A stretch of DNA of 64,000 nt from Laetmonice hystrix. Its lineage: Eukaryota. The notes beneath the pieces are model-generated. The model was not told the origin of the DNA. It worked only from the letters and a program-made list of their open reading frames with translations, and did no database searches. Position numbers and translations under genes: made by a program. This document shows positions 11,266 to 24,075 of this stretch, piece after piece. The stretch covers positions 29,700,001 to 29,764,000 of the forward strand of contig OZ249436.1 of the NCBI GenBank assembly GCA_965235115.1, in the 5' to 3' direction. Numbering within the stretch: position 1 is the stretch's first letter; the number at the start of each line of letters is the position of its first letter.

Positions 11266-13632
11266 GACAGCAACTTAGAATGACTTGTTATATTGCCCTA
11301 GTACAACTCTAGAATGAGCGTCAGTCTCTCCAGCCTTACATATACCCTCCAAACTAGGCAAGTAATAAATAGAAGCCTTGTTTAACTTTTATACCTTTTG
11401 TAATTTGACACTTTCTTTGCTAACTTGGGGGTTTCACATCCTACCCGGTCGTCTCGGCGGGCAGGCAACATCATCCTCACCGCAACTAACGGTTGTCCAT
11501 AAAAGTATCAGGCTGCTGAGGGTTGTCCATAAAAGTATCCGACTGCTGATGGTTGTCCATAAAACCACCCGGTTTTGTGTAGTAGTCCCTAAAACAATTA
11601 GTGGGGGGTGTCGGCGGCAGATCAACAGATCAAGGGGACTTGCCGCAGTCCGTCCTGTGCGCTGGAGGACGACCCCCTGCCGGGGCCTGGACCACGGGGA
11701 GGGTGGCGGTGCCACCACGCTGGCCCCCTCATGGCACCTAACTGGCATGGCCAGCAGACAAAACATCTTCTAGTCTCCAATCAACTAGTTAGTAATACAA
11801 AACTACCTAACTACCCATCATATATAGCTGGAATCTGTGTCCCGCGGAGTTTCCTACCGACCATATTACGTCATACTACAAACTCCAATAATAACTGTTT
11901 TGAAACTATAAGCTTCCTTTAATGCTTCGCTCCACATGGGGCTCTGTAATAGCACTCAAGTCATATGCAAAAACTGGTGGTCGAATACCTTCAACCTTCC
12001 GTAAACACGCTGAATATGTGAGAAATAATCGCACCTAAAAGACTAATTCAAACAACTGAAATCCATAACTGCCCCACTGGGAAAAATGTGCTTGCCGCCA
12101 AAGCACTGTCAACCAAATACATGTACGTGTGTATATGTACTCACTAACCCTACCTAACAGGGGAACTGTCACTGAAATAAGTCCCTTGACCTATTCTAAC
12201 TTGTTCTTCCTAAACAGAGATCACACACCCTGATATAAAATAAAACATTTCCATGATCAACCACCAGACAAAAAAAACTGGCTCAGTCCATAAGAGCGAC
12301 TATGAGTTCCATGACCCATCTTCACGTAGCTATGTCCAAATAGGACAATCAAAAATAAAAACCTCCGGAGTAACCGCTTAACTCTAGGAAACGTATATCA
12401 ACGCACAACATCATCTTTCTGGCCAAGTAGCGGCCTATATACCCCAGGACCTTTGTCCTGTATCCTCAACGAGTAAACACTTTACACATTAAATTTACAA
12501 AGGCACTTGCCTATCCGTATTCACCTATCATATATTGCTTCTGCAGAAACCTGGCGCCTCCTAACCGGCACATAAGTACACCCGTTAACACCATCAATAG
12601 CCAGCGATAATACACACACCACACACCAACCCTTGTTAGCTATCCAACTCTCCCCTCATAAAACATTTCCAAGGGATGCTCCTCATCAGAGCCGTCCTGC
12701 GCTAGGATGTAACTCTCCCACACTAAATGTCTTTGATGACCGGCGATGTGGTCAGCTCACTGACCGCTCTGTTCTACCGCACTTCACACCTCATCTAATT
12801 ACTTTGCACTCTTGACCTACCCCGTTGATCAGACAACAACTGCGAAAAACTGGAAACTTGCACTCCACACACTCTGTACTAGAATTCACAATAAATAGGT
12901 TACATTCACCTGCAACATGTACCTCAAACTGAAGGAAACAACTTTTGTAGACAAAACACCTGTGTCTACATTTTCACTCTTTAGACTGATTCAGTCCAAA
13001 TATTCCTCTGATGTTTTTAACTGTATGTCAGTCCTCAAAGGTCCCAACCTCAACGGATGCCTTCCCTATCACTCAATAAAAAAGATACTGCACCCTCGTG
13101 CGACAAAATCAACCACAGCCACAGCTCACTGCTGCTTCCTTAGCTGTCCATAATGAGTGATAGAGGATCAACCTGACAGCTTGTCCCGATACCAAGAAAA
13201 GATAAAACCCTAAGTCTAGCCGCAACTCATTGCTGCATCCGTGGCTACCACTGGCGCTTCTCATGGAACGTACGACACTGAATAAATAAAAAAAAATGCA
13301 CCGAACCTATTGCAGACGAGACAACAAAAGTCTATACTTTGGGACTGACACACACATCAGGCAGACTCTCGACTGCTTACTAATCTCTTCATCTATCTCA
13401 ACAACCCGGGCGTACATGTGTGAATACCCTAGTTAACAACACTACTCCTTCCCTTTCTTTCATCTCTCGCAGTTATCATCCCTCCTGTTCAAACGTTACT
13501 TGGCGGTCTATTCGTTATACATGTAGACTACTTCGCCATCCTCAGTTACACCCGATGTTATGTAACATTTTACTGACGCCCTTGGTGTCGCGGGGTTGGG
13601 GTGGGTGTGGGTTGCAGGCATCTGCCCTGGGT

Positions 13633-16623
13633 TTACAATGTCGGGGTGGTCACCATGTGGGTCGCCTTCTGGGGTTCAGACAGGCTGCCGACAGTGTCTG
13701 AGACCCACTGCGTCAATGGGGGCCATTGAGGATCTCCCCAATGGTCCGAGCTCAATGGTCCGATCTCTCGGTGGCGGGTACGGCTGCATTCCCACAGGCC
13801 AACGGACAGGGGGTGTCGCTGCCCAACTTTCACATCATCAAAACCATAAAACGCCTCATCAACACCCTCATCAGGGGGTTCTCCTCCGCTGATGAGCAAC
13901 TTCTCATCGGGTCCGACCCGCAGGTCAGGTGGCCCCTCCGTCAATAGTGTTGGGGAGTCCCACAGCTCCACCTTTGTTCTCCCTCCATGGCCGTCTCGAC
14001 CCTTGGATGTAGGATCGGTCATCCTGTCCCACAGTGGGTGCATTGTGGGAGGGAGGGTTCCGACTGGCCCATCACCGACTGGACCTGCCTTCCCGGAAAC
14101 CTGAGGCCTGGTCGTTCGCAGGTCATTACTGGCAGGCAGCACAGTCGTCCTCTGGCAACCAAAGTGGGTACTGGGGCCCCCAACAAACTCATTAGGCTCC
14201 GCCATGAAGGTGTCAGCTAGGCGATCCCAGCTCGTTGGGCTGTCCAGCAAGGCCTCCACGGTGGGGGCGGCGTCCCCGACACCAGTTAAAACAATGCCCC
14301 TCTGTCCAGGCTCTCTGCCGACATCTTGCCCTGCATCCCTTTGATGTGTGTCCACAGGCACGCCTAAACTGCGTGAGGGTCGGAGCCGTGGGACGGGACT
14401 GGGTCGGGTGGAGACGGGCGGGGACCGGGGTCCACTGGTGCCGTCCTGGCTTGTTCCCACGTGAGCACATGAGGGTAGGCACCCAGAACGCATGAAGATC
14501 GCCACTCCATTTAATCTGATAACATCGTCCCTCAGGTCAATCACTCCGTTTTGCTTTAATATGAAATCCAAACCAAGAATACCCTGCAGTCCCCATATGT
14601 TAGCAACAATCGTCTCATGTTTGTACTGATGCCCCTGTACACCCAGCTCTACATCTATCTTCCCGTAGACATCAAGGGGTTCACTATTGACAGTCCTTAA
14701 CTTAGAATCACTGTGGATTAACTTTGGACGCGCCGAACTTTCTATATCCAGAAAAACTGATTTGTCAATCACTGTTACCGACGAACCCGTGTCAATCAGC
14801 ATGTCAGCTGTAACTCCACAAATATCAACCCTAACATATTTACACTTTTCTCTAGCCAGAGCTAGTATCATCTCCGACTCATTTGAATTCTGATAATTTA
14901 TATCATGTGGTTGGTTCCTAGACTGTCCCTCAGTTGGTTGACTCTGCCTTGCGTCATTCCCACCATCTCTATAATTTGGCCTCTGCCTAACTGGATTTCT
15001 TCGCCTCATGTCTTCCTGCCTCAGCCTACAATCGGCTTGGAAATGCCCCTTCTTTTGGCAGTAGAAACAGATACTTTCTCCCCTCCCTGTCCGGGATCTG
15101 TCAGTCATCTCTGTCCGCACTGCTTTAACTATCAGTTCCTGCAGCTGGTTGGGACTGAGGGGTGCAGGGGCCGTCAGTTGGCCGTCAGCCGGCACGCGAG
15201 GAGGCATAGAGTTCCCGACAGGCTGTACTGCTGCCAGCCTTCCCCTCCTACTCTTAATAGCCTTGGCTATTGACTGGCTCTCAATAGCCACCGTCACGGC
15301 CTCCTCCAGCGTGCGACATCGAGCCTTTCTGACGTCCTGCTGCACCTCCTCACTCCACAAACCCTGGCAGTACCGTTCGACCAATTCATACTCATCTCTA
15401 CCATATGTAGCTGGGAAAGCCTTTCTGTATAGGTCTTTGAGGGCCCGCCCAAACTCGTCTACAGCTTCACCCTTTATCTGGCAACGGTTATAGTAGTCCG
15501 TCCTGAAAGCAACTTGTCTGCCTTCAGGAGCGAACCTACTATTTAACATTTGTTTCAGTGACCCAAGGTGGCGTTTCTGGGATGGCTGGAGGTCCCGCAT
15601 CACCGTGCTGGCCGGAGGTCGCAGAGCAGCCGCCAGCTGCACGGCAGCCTCGGCATCTGTCCAGCCATTCCAACTAGCCACCTGGTCGAAGTGTTCCTCA
15701 TAATCCTCCCATTCCCGGGCCTTCCCATCGAACTTGTCTAAGTTTAATGGGTCCCTTCTAATTGGTTTGGGGGTGACTGGGCGGGGGTCTCTGTGCCATC
15801 TCTCCATCTCACTGTCTCTCCTGCCTCGGCGCACGCTGAATTTGGGGTAGTGGCCACCATCACCCTCATCAGCCGAACTATCTGAGTGGCTTGGCCGTTG
15901 ACTTGGCCATTGGGGGCGGGTGCGTAGAGACACATCAGGGCTGTAGAGATCATAGTCTTTTCTGTGGGGGTGGGGGTTAATATGGGAATATGGTGTGGCC
16001 ATATGGGAACGGGGGTGACCACGGTGGGGCTCCCTGTGGGGACGGGGGTCATCATAAACTTCTCTCGGTGTGAGAGCCTCACGCTGTGGGTAGACCTCCT
16101 GCTGATGGTGTCCACCCTGCTGTGGGCTGCCCACCCACTGGCTTGGGCGGGGGGTGGGACGGGGCCGGCCAGCCGACAGGCGGGGGCGATCTACCGATGG
16201 GTGGGAGGGTGTCCTCACACAATGGGGCGCTGTCCTTGGCGGGCTGGCCAGTCTGATGGGGCTGTCGGCGTCCTTTCGATGTGGACTGCTGGGGGACTGG
16301 TCGTTCCTTCGATGTGGACTGCTGGGGAACTGGGCGTTCCTTTGATGTGGACTGCTGGGGGACTGGTCTGGCGTTGGGAGCACGTAGTCGGTGACCACGT
16401 ATTTATCTGGGGAGTCACAACTATGCACACAGAGTGCATCAACGTACTCAGCTGGGGAGTCACTATGCACACTTAGTGCAACCGACTCCCGGGAGTACGC
16501 TGCCCGGACATCGCTTCGTTGTCGGCTGCCTAAACTGGAGGTGGATGCATGTCTGCGTAGTAGGCCAGGCAGCGATCTGATAGAGTCAGACAGCCGCCTG
16601 AGCCTGTCCTTTGCCCGGTCCAT
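13633..16623 (-). CDS. gag: Gag-aspartic protease polyprotein of element B
   Basis: Capsid-like LDKFDGK..WEDYEEHFDQVASWNGW; zinc knuckle CFYCQKKGHFQADC; protease LIDTGSS..ILGLDF; first ATG at 16623. Confidence 0.88.
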   Translation of the reverse strand: MDRAKDRLRRLSDSIRSLPGLLRRHASTSSLGSRQRSDVRAAYSRESVALSVHSDSPAEYVDALCVHSCDSPDKYVVTDYVLPTPDQSPSSPHQRNAQFPSSPHRRNDQSPSSPHRKDADSPIRLASPPRTAPHCVRTPSHPSVDRPRLSAGRPRPTPRPSQWVGSPQQGGHHQQEVYPQREALTPREVYDDPRPHREPHRGHPRSHMATPYSHINPHPHRKDYDLYSPDVSLRTRPQWPSQRPSHSDSSADEGDGGHYPKFSVRRGRRDSEMERWHRDPRPVTPKPIRRDPLNLDKFDGKAREWEDYEEHFDQVASWNGWTDAEAAVQLAAALRPPASTVMRDLQPSQKRHLGSLKQMLNSRFAPEGRQVAFRTDYYNRCQIKGEAVDEFGRALKDLYRKAFPATYGRDEYELVERYCQGLWSEEVQQDVRKARCRTLEEAVTVAIESQSIAKAIKSRRGRLAAVQPVGNSMPPRVPADGQLTAPAPLSPNQLQELIVKAVRTEMTDRSRTGRGESICFYCQKKGHFQADCRLRQEDMRRRNPVRQRPNYRDGGNDARQSQPTEGQSRNQPHDINYQNSNESEMILALAREKCKYVRVDICGVTADMLIDTGSSVTVIDKSVFLDIESSARPKLIHSDSKLRTVNSEPLDVYGKIDVELGVQGHQYKHETIVANIWGLQGILGLDFILKQNGVIDLRDDVIRLNGVAIFMRSGCLPSCAHVGTSQDGTSGPRSPPVSTRPSPVPRLRPSRSLGVPVDTHQRDAGQDVGREPGQRGIVLTGVGDAAPTVEALLDSPTSWDRLADTFMAEPNEFVGGPSTHFGCQRTTVLPASNDLRTTRPQVSGKAGPVGDGPVGTLPPTMHPLWDRMTDPTSKGRDGHGGRTKVELWDSPTLLTEGPPDLRVGPDEKLLISGGEPPDEGVDEAFYGFDDVKVGQRHPLSVGLWECSRTRHREIGPLSSDHWGDPQWPPLTQWVSDTVGSLSEPQKATHMVTTPTL

Positions 16624-16684
16624 CTCCGCTCTTGAACTCACGCCAGCACACAGCTCCAATCCTGGTCACGCGCACCAGAAATTC

Positions 16685-17607
16685 TGTAGCGACCCTGACT
16701 GTGGGTGTTAGTTTTAGTACAGGGCCGGGGATAGTTTACTTCTCGTTGTGTTCATTTACCTCGAAAGGATTGAGACGGTGTGGCTGGAGTGGGGGAAAAT
16801 GGACTAAGGTGTTAAATATGGGCAAAGAGGGGAGGCGAGACATAACACAGCATATAGTTGATAATGAAATATATTGGTCACTTCACGGTCCCTGACCCGT
16901 TGTGGTTGGCGGCTTACCTGTTTCATGTGCACGTCATTTACAAATCAAGATAGCGGGTTTAGACAGAGGGAGGGGGGTACATCTCTTGGGAGAGCGCCAC
17001 TCCTTTGGGAGGCGAGCCAGCTAGCAACACACACCGCGGAACAGCAGGGTAGGTCTTCGACGCAGAAGGTAGCACTGGGTTGGAAGGCTCGGCATTGACC
17101 TATCAGTCGCCAGCCTCAGCCGGACCAGGTTGCCGAATGCACTTCCGCTGCTGGAAACTGAAGAATCTCTTGTAGACCAGTGCCGCCAACTGCGCGCTTA
17201 CTCCGCTCTCCCGACTGCTGCTCTACTGCTGCTCTACTGCTGCTCTACTGCTGCTCAGGCGGGTGGTGGTGCTGGCTGCCGTCCCATCGGAGAGGGTGGA
17301 TCACTCTCCCCGAATACAGGGCGTGCAGGCCCTTATAAAGGGAAGGGGGGCTGCAGCCTACAAGGCCGGCGACCAGTGAGGGGCAGCCCTCTCCACCCGG
17401 CCAGCGGGGCTGACCAATGGGCAAGCATCCGCCCGGGAGTGGCCTGAGATTGACGTCTCAGCTCCCCACTTGGCCACGCCCACGCACGCACAGTATGGAC
17501 ACTGGCGGGTGGGAGGGGGGCCACCACGGTCACCGGCACACACACTAGAATAAGGCCTTACAATAAACTTAAGGGAAAACCGCACACACAAACCCAAAAT
17601 CGCCACA
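16685..17607 (-). repeat. Element B 5' LTR
   Basis: Direct repeat of 8904-9826, adjacent to the PBS. Confidence 0.92.
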
Positions 17608-17990
17608 GTATTAATGTTGATCACATCCTAGTACAGCAATTTACCGGTATATGTACGTATTGACAGCTATTTGAAGTCTGCCGTTTTAGGCAATCCAGGC
17701 ATATTGTCAACAGCATGTTTGAAGTACACATGTAATCACAAAACAAAACGGACGACTGCAGCATACTTTACTGTACATTATTTGAAATGTCATCAAATCC
17801 TGCTGGGTAAATTCTGAAAGATCCTGCATAACCGTCATCACATAAGGCTTGGCCCCTTGTTGCTGGCAGTTGTATTATAGCAAATATTGTTCAATCTCCC
17901 GTTGCTTTCAAATCAGTCGTCAGTTATTGTAGCGATCCGTCCGTTTATAAGATAAGTCTCACTAAGTGACTAATAGTTGCCATTATGTCC

Positions 17991-18251
17991 TCAATTCTGG
18001 TATTTCTCGGGATGATGCTTTATAATGTGCGTTTTCAGGTTGACCTTCTGCCGTGATGCATATGGACAATAGTAGCACTTGAATGGTTTTTCATCTGTAT
18101 GAATCAGAAGGTGTTTCTGCAAATGGTCACTTCTCTTAAAAGCTTTGAAACATGTGTGGCAAACGTATGGTACATTTTGTACATTGCTCCTTATTGAACC
18201 TCCTTTCAATCCTTGATTTCCTAGATGAGTCGATTGGAATGAAGCTTGCAT
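17991..18251 (-). CDS. Variable terminal exon V27, 2 C2H2 fingers
   Basis: ctcttccag|ATG CAA phase 0; CHTC..RSDHLQKH. Confidence 0.85.
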   Translation of the reverse strand: MQASFQSTHLGNQGLKGGSIRSNVQNVPYVCHTCFKAFKRSDHLQKHLLIHTDEKPFKCYYCPYASRQKVNLKTHIIKHHPEKYQN

Positions 18252-18571
18252 CTGGAAGAGGTGAAAAAAAAATCACAATAAATATCTGACTCCAGTATGA
18301 AATACTGTGTTGCAAAGAAACATGCCATGAAAACGCCAGCACTTCCCTAAAACCAATGATGAACTGTCGACATTTGGCAATGCCTACGTATAAGGAAATT
18401 ATATTTCAAGTCAAGTCTGTCCAGCACTGTCCCCTATTCCCTGGTGGTTGCTCAATTTCTCCTTGGTATTCGCTTTTCTTTGCCAGCAGCACTACATGTC
18501 TACTGGCTCTAGGTCCTGTAGTCCAACAGCCCACTTTGGCCTCAAACCAAATAACTAACCTCACCTAAACT

Positions 18572-18892
18572 CTAACCCATAGGGGATTGGTCTGTTGGAC
18601 CATTGGGCTGTCTGACTAACGGTTTTTCCCCTTCTGCTGCACGTCTGTGCACGTTATGAACATGTCTTCTCAGGGACGAACTCTGTGTTGCAGCATAGCT
18701 ACAGTGTGGACAGTTGAAAGGCCTTTCCCCTGTGTGCGTGCGTTTGTGCAGGTTGAGATTCTGGGCTGTTTTGAGCGCTTTCCCACACACAGAACACACG
18801 TAGATCCTTTTTGCGGGATTTCTTTCAGAAGGCTCCGTCCAAGGAGTTCTACTTTTTGGAACCACACAGAAGAGCCGACCGTCCACAGACAT
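18572..18892 (-). CDS. Variable terminal exon V26, 2 C2H2 fingers
   Basis: atgttccag|ATG TCT phase 0; CSVC..TAQNLNLH. Confidence 0.85.
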   Translation of the reverse strand: MSVDGRLFCVVPKSRTPWTEPSERNPAKRIYVCSVCGKALKTAQNLNLHKRTHTGERPFNCPHCSYAATQSSSLRRHVHNVHRRAAEGEKPLVRQPNGPTDQSPMG

Positions 18893-19214
18893 CTGGAACA
18901 TTCCAACGGATATGATCAGGACAACAATTGACCATGATGTCAGGCACGGGTACATCATTCAGGTTATGTAAAAATGGCGGTCTTTCTTTTAAGTCTTAGG
19001 CCGGACAATTCAGCACACCGGAACAGAACGGTAAGGCAGACTTGAAGACCAATCCAAGATTGACCTCTCCACACAAACCAATAGAAATTTCACCGGGTTC
19101 TCACAGCCGTTTGTCCTTCGTCTGCACACCCCAGTCATTACTGAACACCGCCCATAAAATCACTTCATACACATCAAACTAGCTTCTGTTCGTCGCTTCC
19201 AGGCCGTGTCAGCG

Positions 19215-19490
19215 CTACTTTTTCTGGTTTGCATGATCTGAATATCTTGGTGGTTGTAGCCTGTGTACATTAGCAATGTGTCTCCTAAGGGATGAATTCT
19301 GTGTGGCCGCGTAATCGCAGTGGTTACATTGGTATGGTCTCTCTCCAGTGTGCGTGCGGTTATGGAGGGCAAGGTTCCGCGCCGTTTTGAGAACCTTGCC
19401 ACATATTGAACATGCTATAGTCCTTACTGCAGAACTACCAACGCCTTCTCCTTGTGACCAGCACGCCCCTCCAAAATCAACCTCAGCCAC
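19215..19490 (-). CDS. Variable terminal exon V25, 2 C2H2 fingers
   Basis: ttttccag|GTG GCT phase 0; CSIC..TARNLALH. Confidence 0.85.
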   Translation of the reverse strand: MAEVDFGGACWSQGEGVGSSAVRTIACSICGKVLKTARNLALHNRTHTGERPYQCNHCDYAATQNSSLRRHIANVHRLQPPRYSDHANQKK

Positions 19491-20148
19491 CTGGAAAATA
19501 ATTCAAAATGTGAGTGTTTGTGCCAACAAAAAGGGCACAACGTTTCGTCACTCCGTTTACTGTTATTATCAATCAGCTAGTACCTGATCCATGAGCATGG
19601 CAAAAGGTATATCTAGGTACAAGCACAAGAAACTTATTTCATAATCCACTACATTTATTCCAGACAATGTTGATTCAACACATCACAAAGTGTTATATCT
19701 GTTTTACAAGATCTGCCGCTGGTCACATGCTGGTACCAGAACTTAGCGGTGAAGACCTGCAGGATGTCTACCTTCTTTGGCAGGACCAGATATAAACATT
19801 TTACCATAACTCAACAAAATGCGATCATCAGTTGAGTTCATTCTACATAAAATGACCCTAAATGAACAGGATAGCGCTTGCCTTTACAGGTAATATGCGT
19901 TACGGTTCCTTGTGGAATTAAAAACCTCCTCACTTCAGTCTGAGATAATAGTCAGTTTCTGCTCTTTATCGTTGAGCACGCAAACGTAGTCTTTAGACTC
20001 TAAGTCTGTTCACCTCAGGTGCATTACTGGTACTCCTTTTAACCAAATTTAAATAAAAGATTTCAACCACTCTTTCAAATAAACAGCGTTAAATAAGCCA
20101 CAAAACACCTTGCTTGGCATGCATGAAAAGTACAACAGCCATGTCTTA

Positions 20149-20403
20149 TCAATTATTTGAGGTGATAATTTTATGTGAGAGACGTAGATGAGAATTCAGG
20201 TTTGACTTGGTTTTCGCTGCGTACGAGCAGACGTGACACTCATATGGCCGTTCTCCTGTATGGATCCGAATGTGATCCCTCATGTTTCCAGCTCGGTTGA
20301 ATCTCTTTCCGCAGACAGAACATACGAACAAAGGTCCAGGTTGAAACTTGTCCTTATACCCATCACTTCCAACCGCCAGGCTCCCGTGGTTCCTAACTGT
20401 CCT
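20149..20403 (-). CDS. Variable terminal exon V24, 2 C2H2 fingers
   Basis: ttcttgcag|AGG ACA phase 0; CSVC..RAGNMRDH. Confidence 0.85.
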   Translation of the reverse strand, partial: RTVRNHGSLAVGSDGYKDKFQPGPLFVCSVCGKRFNRAGNMRDHIRIHTGERPYECHVCSYAAKTKSNLNSHLRLSHKIITSNN

Positions 20404-20471
20404 CTGCAAGAACCAAAACCACAAGTCAGTCTGGGTAATGGAGAAGGCGGAGATTCCATGTTCAGGCAGCA

Positions 20472-20771
<300 letters not shown>

Positions 20772-20816
20772 TCAGTACAGTGAAAACCTGATACTATCGG
20801 GCATATTCAATGACGG

Positions 20817-21083
20817 CTACAGCGAGTACTTGTGGACCTGGCGGATATGGGAGTTGAGGTTTGATTTACTTCGGGCTGCATAATTACAAGTTCTACACTT
20901 GAAAGGGCGTTCTCCTGTGTGAGTTCTGTAGTGATCTCTGAGATTATCTGCTCTTTTGAAATTCTTTCCACAGATAGAGCAGCAGCATGAAGAATCAGTA
21001 TTGGGTCGACCAGATCCCTCATATCCTAGGCTTGTCAGGTAAGGTCTGATAACATGGCTGTTGGTGCCAGGGCCTTCATGAAT
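20817..21083 (-). CDS. Variable terminal exon V22, 2 C2H2 fingers
   Basis: atgttccag|ATT CAT phase 0; [12 protein letters not shown]. Confidence 0.85.
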   Translation of the reverse strand: MHEGPGTNSHVIRPYLTSLGYEGSGRPNTDSSCCCSICGKNFKRADNLRDHYRTHTGERPFKCRTCNYAARSKSNLNSHIRQVHKYSL

Positions 21084-21444
21084 CTGGAACATTCCAAATA
21101 AAAACAGTGATTAAACACTGTCTCTGGTGTCACACACGCAACAGACTACAAGAATCAATCACTGTTGTGGAGGTGCATATATGTCTAATAGTCAAGTTTT
21201 CCTGCAATGCTGCTTTACAGAGCGAGCACTTGCACGGCCCCATTTCATTGCGCACTCAGAGAGGGTTGTGCAGGTAATCCATGCAGTCAAGGGTCCGACT
21301 ACAATACGAACCACTAAAGCCCACCACCTGTGGGTTCTCCTGCCTCATATGACCCTATCACTGAATGCCTACCCGCCCAACTCCAGTCCCAAACTGTCTT
21401 GTGTCGGTCCTATCGCAGGAACAAAGAACATTTTTAGCACACGA

Positions 21445-21747
21445 CTACAAAACAGAGTCAGGCTTATCTGTGTAAGGATCTGTCGGAGGTAGTGGTTGTG
21501 TCTCAGTCCCGTGTGCCTTTTTCATGTGTGTGTTAAAGTTAGATTTCTGTGAGGCAGTATAGCTGCACAGATGACACCAGTACGGCTTTTCTCCTGTGTG
21601 CGTTCGCATATGGTTCCGAAGGTTGTAGCTCTTCTTGAAAACCTTGGCACACAGATTACAGACATGTGTTCCTTGTCCTGAATTGGTAACCAGCTGCCGT
21701 GGTCCCTCTTTATGAAGTTCCTCCCGAAATCCTCTCGGCACAGCATT
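21445..21747 (-). CDS. Variable terminal exon V21, 2 C2H2 fingers
   Basis: atgttgcag|AAT GCT phase 0; CNLC..KSYNLRNH. Confidence 0.85.
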   Translation of the reverse strand, partial: NAVPRGFREELHKEGPRQLVTNSGQGTHVCNLCAKVFKKSYNLRNHMRTHTGEKPYWCHLCSYTASQKSNFNTHMKKAHGTETQPLPPTDPYTDKPDSVL

Positions 21748-21804
21748 CTGCAACATGCCAAACCAGGTACCAAATGAGAGAGATCTCCATCTTCAGGAGG
21801 GGCA

Positions 21805-22083
21805 TCATGCAAGGCGTCCCTTGCCGGAATGTACATGCCGTATGTGTGCATTCAGGTTGGATTTCAGGGCTGAGGCGTGCTGGCAGACAGGACATTTAAA
21901 TGGCCTTTCACCAGAGTGGGTGCGGAGGTGATCTCTCAGGCGATGTGCTTTAGTGAAATCTTTGCCACATATAGAACAGGTGAATTTACTAATACTGCCA
22001 TGTTGGTTGCCGCTTTCTCTCATGACTGGATCGAAGACATCTTGACCAGAGAACCAATTGTGAACTTCCAGCTTGCTTGGTCT
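21805..22083 (-). CDS. Variable terminal exon V20, 2 C2H2 fingers
   Basis: atattgcag|AGA CCA phase 0; CSIC..KAHRLRDH. Confidence 0.85.
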   Translation of the reverse strand, partial: RPSKLEVHNWFSGQDVFDPVMRESGNQHGSISKFTCSICGKDFTKAHRLRDHLRTHSGERPFKCPVCQHASALKSNLNAHIRHVHSGKGRLA

Positions 22084-23430
22084 CTGCAATATTCCAAAAA
22101 GACCATTTAGTAATAAATAATTTGGAAAGCTTATTTAAGAAATGTTCCTCGACTCAGAAGGCTTTTGCAGCAGAATCAAGGGTAGAGTGAGACCAGTGAA
22201 AAAATTGCCGAACAGATCATCTCGGACAGAGTCCACACTGGGAAATAAATATTTGTAACCACAAACTTTCCGACAGCTGCTCAGCACAGGATGCTCTTAA
22301 AATTTTGGTCTATGAGGTGTCCTTGTATGTCCTGTTGGTAGACGTGATCAGTACAAGTGTTTTCATAACCATAACACACGTCAACGTCAAGATCTGGGAG
22401 AGCACTGGAGACCTAACCAACTTCTGCCAGTAGGGCATCAAGAAATGGAAGGTAATGTCCTAATATTGCTTCCTTTAAAATAGGCTTGTGTACCACTACG
22501 TGTGTACGCAGAGCAGTCAATCATTACCTATAAAAGCTGACCCTTCAAAATTGTATCAATGTTAACACTTTTTATTTTTTTAAGTGAAAACACTTTTAAT
22601 CCAATTCTTATTCCTGCTTCTTCATGATGCTTTTGTAATCATGATTATTTATTTCATTTGGTAAAGATTACTGGCTTAAACATGTACAATCGACCACTTT
22701 ACAGTACGTTAAAGAGACAAATGAGCTGATATAAAGAACACAATAAAAGTATTGATGGGACAATCTTAATCAGAAAGGATACGTAATCTCCAGGTCAATT
22801 TTTTTTAAACAAATTAATACGATTTATTGTACAAACACTAGGAATCCATCTGATTGTGCTATCTTTTGAAATGGCAGATTTAGTGCTTGTAAATAGTCTC
22901 ACAGACTTGTTCACAGTATTTAGTCACATGTAATTCAAGCGAAGAATCTTCAACAATTTACAAAAGTTACGTAACCTGGAAAAAAAAAACTTTTTTATGT
23001 GCAACAAACTTTAAAATATATCTAAATCTTTGAAAAGGGTCTACAAAGTAGCGTTTCATACACAAATAACGTAGTTATTTCACGAGTATGTATATAATAT
23101 CATCCGAGGGAGTAGGGAAGACAAATTATGTCTCTCGCTGGTCATAAAATTTCTAAATGAACATATGAACAGAGTGAAGATATGCCAACAGCACTTGCTT
23201 GAAAACGCGGTGGACAAATCTATGATACAGTACCGACACAACTGCAACGCCTGTCACTTGGCCGTTCACGACTGACTGACCATTTCGTTACAGGCCGTCC
23301 AATCAGAAACAGAGGTTGGCATAATTATAGCCCATCCGCCTATAACTGAAGTTTTACTACAACTGGATTCTTTCAAATAAGAGTTGGAAGTGTCTGTCCA
23401 CTGAGTCAAACAGGTTCTGACTGCCAGCCC

Positions 23431-23703
23431 TCAGCCACAATGAATCATCTTTGGGTGGTAGGTTCTCTCATGCCGTTTGAGGTTACTTCCAGTTGCAAAG
23501 GCAGCTGAACATTCCTTACACTGGTAAGGTTTTTCACCAGTGTGAGTTCTCAAATGTATCTTCAGATGTTCCAGTCTCTTGCACCGTTTTCCACACAGAT
23601 TGCAAGTGTGAATCTTTTGGGAGTCAGTCCCTGTGTGTGTGGATTGTCTGTGCTGTGGCATCCAGTGCTGCCGCGTACTTGTCCACGGTTCTTGTGGCAC
23701 AGT
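23431..23703 (-). CDS. Variable terminal exon V19, 2 C2H2 fingers
   Basis: ctcttgcag|ACT GTG phase 0; [12 protein letters not shown]. Confidence 0.85.
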   Translation of the reverse strand, partial: TVPQEPWTSTRQHWMPQHRQSTHTGTDSQKIHTCNLCGKRCKRLEHLKIHLRTHTGEKPYQCKECSAAFATGSNLKRHERTYHPKMIHCG

Positions 23704-23988
23704 CTGCAAGAGTGCCAAGAAAGTCAATAAATGTTTGGAATGGGACTGGAAACGGTACAGATATTTTCATTCCATATTTTTTATCATTTCCATATTTGGA
23801 ATGCTGAGCTATCCTATACAATGACTAAGGAAGTAACAGAAGCTGACTGACCTCAAGAATACGAACAAGTATCACAAAAAGATGGAAGAAAAATCTTTGA
23901 CAAATGACTTTCTTGGCATTTGGGGAAACTGGTGAAAGTTCCATGCATGACTAAAGTCTGACAAAATAATGAAACTCTGCCTTCATCA

Positions 23989-24075
23989 AATCCACCAATC
24001 AGCAACTTCTGAACCACCGATCATCAGGAATCCACCAATCAGCACCTTCTGAACCACCGATCATCAGCAATCCAC
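23989..24075. repeat. ~39-bp tandem duplication
   Basis: AATCCACCAATCAGCA(A/C)CTTCTGAACCACCGATCATCAG twice, plus a partial copy. Confidence 0.7.

Larger units (their letters stand above)
8904..17607 (-). mobile_element. Element B: Gypsy-like LTR retrotransposon lacking RT/RNaseH/integrase
   Basis: 923-bp TG...CA LTRs at 8904-9826 and 16685-17607; TSD GTAT; tRNA-His-like PBS at 16658-16677; purine tract AAGGTAGGGTGGGA next to 9826. Confidence 0.92.

Noticed and set aside
22215..22260. Plus-strand RVHTGK-like fragment suggesting an inverted cassette
   Set aside because: Too short, followed by a stop, and no surrounding C/H pattern
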